Shown: positions 7,727-11,553 of the stretch, in pieces
Layout: each line of letters starts with the position of its first letter
Position numbering within the stretch: the first letter of the stretch is position 1
Source: a virus
Lineage: Duplodnaviria; Heunggongvirae; Uroviricota; Caudoviricetes
DNA length: 11,553 bases
IMG/VR virus record: IMGVR_UViG_3300015179_000018
Span: 1-11,553 of that record
Reading direction: 5' to 3' (one strand)
The notes under the pieces: model-generated
What the model was told of the DNA's origin: nothing
Databases searched by the model: none
Seen by the model: only the letters and a program-made list of their open reading frames with translations
Made by a program: the position numbers and the translations under genes

Positions 7727-8463
7727 CTAATACAAACTCCGTTTACGTCGCATGGCAGGCACCAGATACCAGAGACTGGCATGTTGTTGGTAACTTGCAA
7801 GAGCGCAAATCGGGGTATGTTTTCAGGTATACCAAAGGTGCTCTTAAATCTACTAAATTTACAAAGTTTAGCGGCATGAGTGATGTTCGTGAAACTTATG
7901 TTTCGGAAGAATTGTTTCCTCTTTTTAAAAATCGCCTTTTATCACCGAGACGTCCAGAGTATCCGAGTTTCATTAAATGGCTTGGATTTGAAGAAGATAA
8001 GGTAAATCCTATCGATATTCTTGCTCGCTCGGGAGGCTTACGAAGCACTGATCAGCTGCAGATTTTCAAAAAAATTGATGTTGATTCTGATGGTAACTTT
8101 GAGCATTTTTTCTTCTTACATGGACTTGGTTACTTAAATAGCTTAGCTAATGCTCGTGTATCTGAATTGAAACCGGGGCAAATTTTGCGTCTTTGCTTGG
8201 ATCTTCAAAATGAATACGATGGGGATGCTGTTGTCGTTCGTGCAGATAAACCAGCTGAAATCGTTGGTTACTGCCCCAGGTATTTAAGTAATGATATCAA
8301 GAAGATGTTATTGGATGATCCAAAATCAATCACTTTAACGGTCGAAAAGATTAGCGATGATGCTCCTCATAACTATCGGTTATTATGTAAATTATCAGGA
8401 GTACTAAGCCAAGCCTGTCAATCGACGCTGATTCCTCAGGATGAGTTTGAACCTATTGAGTAA
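7723..8463 (+). CDS. Kinase-partner protein: N-terminal HipA-N/HipS-like region plus C-terminal HIRAN-like domain (tentative)
   Basis: 246 aa, translationally coupled to the kinase gene. C-terminal segment GLGY...LRLCLDLQNEYDGDAVVVRADKPAEIVGYCPRYLSNDIKKMLLD parallels the HIRAN signature (VGLRYY...LQRDPNNPYDKNAIKV...VGHLKKELAGALAYIMD). The N-terminal 110 aa (VYVAW..VVGNL..YVFRY..LFPLFKNRLLSPRR..ILARSGG) loosely resembles the HipA N-terminal subdomain. Both by eye only. Confidence 0.6.
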   Translation: MTNTNSVYVAWQAPDTRDWHVVGNLQERKSGYVFRYTKGALKSTKFTKFSGMSDVRETYVSEELFPLFKNRLLSPRRPEYPSFIKWLGFEEDKVNPIDILARSGGLRSTDQLQIFKKIDVDSDGNFEHFFFLHGLGYLNSLANARVSELKPGQILRLCLDLQNEYDGDAVVVRADKPAEIVGYCPRYLSNDIKKMLLDDPKSITLTVEKISDDAPHNYRLLCKLSGVLSQACQSTLIPQDEFEPIE

Positions 8464-8471
8464 ATGAAGAA

Positions 8472-8497
8472 AAGCCACCAAACGGTGGCTTTTCTTA
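8472..8497. terminator. Bidirectional intrinsic terminator between the convergent cargo operon and portal gene Q
   Basis: aagccacc-aaac-ggtggctt hairpin (8472-8491) with T-rich tract on the + strand (tttctt) and, on the reverse complement, ttttctt after the same stem. Lies exactly between the stop at 8463 (+) and the stop at 8498 (-). Confidence 0.6.
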
Positions 8498-9535
8498 TTA
8501 TGGGACTATATCTAGCGAGTAGGTATTAAACTGTATCGCCTCCTTGCCAAGCCAATCATTCATCTCCTGTAATCGCTTTTGTAGTGGCATTAGTTCATTT
8601 CGCACAAAAACTCGACTCGCCTTCTCTACATCCCCAAACCCACCGACATTATTAGGCATAATCCCCATCATCTGAGGCGGTACGCGGTGTGCAGCCATCA
8701 TGTCGTCCCGGCTCACGTTCTTGATGTTCAGAAATTCATCTTTCGCTGCGACTTCTGACAACGGGATGATCTGAAGCCCGTCCTTTTTGCCGTTAGGCGA
8801 GTACATAAACAGGTTGCGGAAGTTGCCAGGGCCTTTGGCGCTTTTCATCGCGTTGCGGAGGTTGTTCACATCTTCCTGGTTCTGCGCGGCGTCGGTCATA
8901 TACATGATGAAGCCTGCATGACTGCCGTTAATGTAATACTTGCGGCGGAACAGCGTGGCAGACTCGTTGAGCAGGGCGGATGGAATAGCAGAAAGATAAC
9001 CGGGCAGGCCGTAGATCTCCTGGTTGATGTCCGGTTCCATCAGATGAAAGATGCTGCCTTTCGTGAACTGATATGGCTGCGTGGTCATACCGTATTGCAC
9101 AAACCAGTAGGTATCCAGGTCTAACCCGCGTCGGGTGTATTTTGCCAAGGCAGGTTCAAGGGCGATAACTTCACCGAAGCGGTTCGTGCGTTTCTCCAGG
9201 TAGGCGTTACCAAATACCAGATAGTCCTGCACAAAACGCGAAAAAGCCTGCTGGCTGAGCAGCGGGTGAGGGATGTAGGTGCTGGTCAGAATGTTGCACT
9301 TTACTGCAATCGGGGAACTATGATGAACGGCAGCGCGGAAGGTGCGCGCCAGTCCGTCAAAGCTGACGGGCGGCTCATACCAGCGGTCCATCTGTACGCA
9401 TTCCACATAATCCAGCAGTTCTCGGCGGTCCAGAACAGGAACGGGATCGCCGAAGCTGAATGCTTCGGCTGTAGTTTGACTTTTAAGCTGGATCTGTTTC
9501 GTCGCCGCAGCGCGGTTCTTCTTACTCTTTCCCAT
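8498..9535 (-). CDS. Q: Portal protein (P2 gpQ family)
   Basis: About 345 aa, minus strand, immediately downstream of and overlapping (TGATG) the terminase ATPase gene, the conserved P2 P-Q arrangement. ATG at 9533-9535 with GGAG RBS; the ORF-track start at 9538 is a TTG one codon upstream. Confidence 0.88.
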   Translation of the reverse strand: MGKSKKNRAAATKQIQLKSQTTAEAFSFGDPVPVLDRRELLDYVECVQMDRWYEPPVSFDGLARTFRAAVHHSSPIAVKCNILTSTYIPHPLLSQQAFSRFVQDYLVFGNAYLEKRTNRFGEVIALEPALAKYTRRGLDLDTYWFVQYGMTTQPYQFTKGSIFHLMEPDINQEIYGLPGYLSAIPSALLNESATLFRRKYYINGSHAGFIMYMTDAAQNQEDVNNLRNAMKSAKGPGNFRNLFMYSPNGKKDGLQIIPLSEVAAKDEFLNIKNVSRDDMMAAHRVPPQMMGIMPNNVGGFGDVEKASRVFVRNELMPLQKRLQEMNDWLGKEAIQFNTYSLDIVP

Positions 9536-11301
9536 CAAAAAATCTCCACAATATTGCTGGTATTGGCGGATTCGCCCTGCAGCGGTTCGTTAAACAGTGC
9601 GTGCATCGTTGCCCAGGCCAGATCGGCGTGGCTGGCTTCTTCGCTGCGGCTGGCTTCATAGGTCGGGCGGTTGCCACTGGCGGTGGTGGCGCGACGGATT
9701 GCCATAAAGGACTGCGCTATGTCGGTGTGTCCGGCGTCAAACTCCAGACGGCGGTGGCTGATAATGTCGTAGGCCTTGAGTACCAGGGCGTTTTTAACGT
9801 TGGGGTTGTAGACAAACTCCCGGACGGCAGGAAAAAACGCTTTCACGTTCTCGTAAACCCCGTGACCAACGCCGGTTGAGTCGATACCGATATAGGTCAC
9901 GTTGTACTGTTCGGTCAGTTTTTTGATGGCGTCAGCCTGGGCGCGGAAGTCCATTCCGCGCCACTGGTGACGCTCAAGAATGCGGAACTTACCGCCCGGC
10001 ACGGCTGGCGGCGCCACCACCACGCATCCGGCGCTGTCGCCGTTCTGCGTACCTTTCGCCGGGTCATATCCGATCCACACTTCGCGCCAGCCAAACGGGC
10101 GCAGGGCCAGTGCATGAAAGTCGGTCCAGACTTCCCAACTGTCCACCATGCACGCCTGCAGCTCGCTGAGTGGGAACACAGACGCGAGATCGTCCACGAA
10201 CTCACACATCAGCAGGTTTTGGTATTCGTCCGGGCTGTACTCCATGCGCAACTGGTCGAGGTCGAACAGGTTACAGCCGCCGCGCACCGCATCTTCCACA
10301 GTGACTATCTGGCGGTACTGCCCGTCTGCGCACAGCAGGCCGGGGGCCAGATTGCTGTGGGACAGGTCGATGTCCACCTTATCGGCTTTGTTGCGCCCTC
10401 GGTTGAACAGCGCACCGGACCAGAACGGATAAGCACTGTGTGTCAGGCTGGATGGCGTGGAAAAATAGGTTTGTCGCCATTTTTTGTGAATAGCCATACC
10501 GGAAGCCACTTTGCGCAGCTCCTGGAATTTCGGTATCCAGAAATATTCATCCAGATACAGGTTGCCGTGGTAACTCTGGGCCGTGCGGGCATTGGTGCCG
10601 AGGAAGTACAGCGTGGCCCCGTTAGGAAGCACCATCGGATCGCCTTTCAGCTCCACCTCCACTTCTTTGGCGAAGTCGATGATGTACTGCTTAAAGACGT
10701 GGGCCTGAGCCTTGCTGGCGGAAAGGAAAATCTGGTTACGCCCGGTTAGCAGGGCGTCAATCAGGGCTTCACGGGCAAAATAGAAGGTCGCGCCGATCTG
10801 GCGTGACTTCAGCAGGTTGCGGATGCGGTTGGTTTTTCCGGCTTCCCACCAGTGGCGCTGGTAGTTGAACATGGAGGAATGGAAGATTTCTTCCAACTTC
10901 TCAATCTGTTCATCGGTGAAAACGTTCTTTTCCGGCTGACGGCGCGGGCCTTTGTTGCGGTTGGCGACGTTAGGGTTTAAGTCGGCTTCGTTGCCGCCAT
11001 TGTTAAACTTGCCGATCCGCGCATGGCGCTCCGACTGGCGCGCCAGCAGGTCAATCTCTTTGAAATCTTTCCCTTCTTTGTGCTCCTTCATAATGAGCTG
11101 GCAGTAGCGTGCGGCGGTGGTGAGCTGCATCTGATCCAGCGGCCCATAGTCACCCCACTTGTCGCGTTTTTTCCAGCTGTGAACGGTTGCAACTTTCTCG
11201 CCCAGCATTTCAGCAATGCGAGCTACGCGGTATCCCTGAAAGTACAGCAGCATGGCCTGCCGACGGGGATCGAGATCTGCGGGTGTCAGTGTGGTGTTCA
11301 T
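9535..11301 (-). CDS. P: Terminase large (ATPase) subunit, P2 gpP family
   Basis: 588 aa, minus strand, divergent from the O start. N-terminal HTH-like segment (LLYFQGYRVARIAEMLGEKVATVHSWKKR) typical of terminase DNA-binding N-termini; size and position match P2 gpP. The true start could be the internal ATG at 11251-11253 (M17). Confidence 0.88.
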   Translation of the reverse strand: MNTTLTPADLDPRRQAMLLYFQGYRVARIAEMLGEKVATVHSWKKRDKWGDYGPLDQMQLTTAARYCQLIMKEHKEGKDFKEIDLLARQSERHARIGKFNNGGNEADLNPNVANRNKGPRRQPEKNVFTDEQIEKLEEIFHSSMFNYQRHWWEAGKTNRIRNLLKSRQIGATFYFAREALIDALLTGRNQIFLSASKAQAHVFKQYIIDFAKEVEVELKGDPMVLPNGATLYFLGTNARTAQSYHGNLYLDEYFWIPKFQELRKVASGMAIHKKWRQTYFSTPSSLTHSAYPFWSGALFNRGRNKADKVDIDLSHSNLAPGLLCADGQYRQIVTVEDAVRGGCNLFDLDQLRMEYSPDEYQNLLMCEFVDDLASVFPLSELQACMVDSWEVWTDFHALALRPFGWREVWIGYDPAKGTQNGDSAGCVVVAPPAVPGGKFRILERHQWRGMDFRAQADAIKKLTEQYNVTYIGIDSTGVGHGVYENVKAFFPAVREFVYNPNVKNALVLKAYDIISHRRLEFDAGHTDIAQSFMAIRRATTASGNRPTYEASRSEEASHADLAWATMHALFNEPLQGESANTSNIVEIF

Positions 11302-11347
11302 GGCACAAACCTACAGCCTTGAATGAAGGCTTTCCCCGCCTGCGGTT

Positions 11348-11365
11348 TGTGTGGTTGTCGGTACA
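11348..11365. promoter_or_regulatory. TGT-N12-ACA dyad, candidate Ogr/Delta-type late-promoter activator site in the P/O divergent region
   Basis: TGTgtggttgtcggtACA at 11348-11365. P2-family late promoters carry a TGT-N12-ACA element centred near -55; the centre here is about 88 bp upstream of the O start codon at 11444. Confidence 0.4.
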
Positions 11366-11443
11366 AATACCGCGCATTGTTTCACTGCCCCCATCACCGC
11401 AACCATAAGGCTCCAGTAAGTTTTTTCTAACGGAGCACGGCTC

Positions 11444-11523
11444 ATGACAGTGAAAGCAAAGCGTTTTCGCATCGGGGTGGAAGGTGCCACCACCGACGGA
11501 CGCGAAATCCAGCGTGAATGGCT
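11444..11523 (+). CDS. O: Capsid scaffolding protein (P2 gpO family), 5' fragment truncated by adapter
   Basis: ATG 11444 after GGAG (11432-11435). Translation MTVKAKRFRIGVEGATTDGREIQREW resembles the gpO N-terminus (KFFRIGVEGDTCDGR) as I recall it; divergent from P as in P2. The reading frame runs into adapter sequence at 11524. Confidence 0.6.
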
Positions 11524-11553
11524 AGATCGGAAGAGCGTCGTGTAGGGAAAGAG
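11524..11553. other. Sequencing adapter remnant (reverse complement of Illumina universal adapter, AGATCGGAAGAGCGTCGTGTAGGGAAAGAG)
   Basis: Exact match to the well-known AGATCGGAAGAGCGTCGTGTAGGGAAAGAGTGT adapter prefix. Not biological sequence. Confidence 0.9.

Larger units (their letters stand above)
20..11523. mobile_element. Segment of a P2/186-like temperate phage (prophage) genome: early/replication operon, SOS module, cos-proximal accessory region, late genes Q-P and start of O
   Basis: Gene content and order (TraR-like zinc finger, Dam, gpA replication initiator with HUH motif, DinI-like, then convergent portal Q and terminase P with divergent O) match the conserved P2-family layout. 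A cos-like GGCGTGGCGGGG 19-mer and a TGT-N12-ACA late-promoter element are present. Confidence 0.85.

Noticed and set aside
9601-10749. + strand ORFs (9601-9879, 9967-10749, 10148-10432) and minus-strand ORF 9915-10205 inside the terminase gene
   Set aside because: Antisense or off-frame to the long terminase ATPase ORF in GC-rich DNA, where spurious long ORFs are common; Arg/Ala/Trp-rich compositions typical of shadow frames.
1-11553. CRISPR arrays, tRNA/rRNA genes, IS elements or integrase/att sites
   Set aside because: No regularly spaced direct repeats, no cloverleaf-like tRNA candidates noticed, no transposase or integrase ORF; none reported.

Overview
This window looks like a complete short contig from a P2/186-like (Peduovirus-type) temperate phage or prophage of an enterobacterium, with Illumina adapter remnants at both ends (1-19 and 11524-11553). 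From left to right: an AT-rich pair of small convergent ORFs of unknown function (134-612); a translationally coupled early/replication operon on the + strand (694-5127) encoding two small hypothetical proteins, a TraR/DksA-type C4 zinc-finger protein, a DUF3850/ASCH-like protein, a Dam-class N6-adenine methyltransferase and the rolling-circle replication initiator gpA (HUH and Y-x-x-K-Y motifs visible); a LexA-box-controlled module with a small ORF and a DinI-like protein (5197-5713); an AT-rich accessory region (5873-8463) containing a secreted-protein gene on the - strand, a cos-like GC-rich 19-mer, and a two-gene + strand operon; and then the late genes portal Q and terminase ATPase P on the - strand, with the divergent start of scaffold gene O cut off by the adapter. 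The most interesting element is the two-gene operon at 6812-8463. Gene 1 has the glycine-rich loop and N-x-D-x-H-x-x-N catalytic motif of a HipA-family Ser/Thr kinase core. Gene 2 appears to combine a HipA-N-terminal/HipS-like region with a HIRAN-like C-terminal domain. It sits in the variable region between the replication gene A and the portal gene Q, where P2 carries old and tin, so I propose it as a candidate kinase-based anti-phage or toxin-antitoxin-like system. All domain calls are from motif recognition by eye and need profile searches to confirm.
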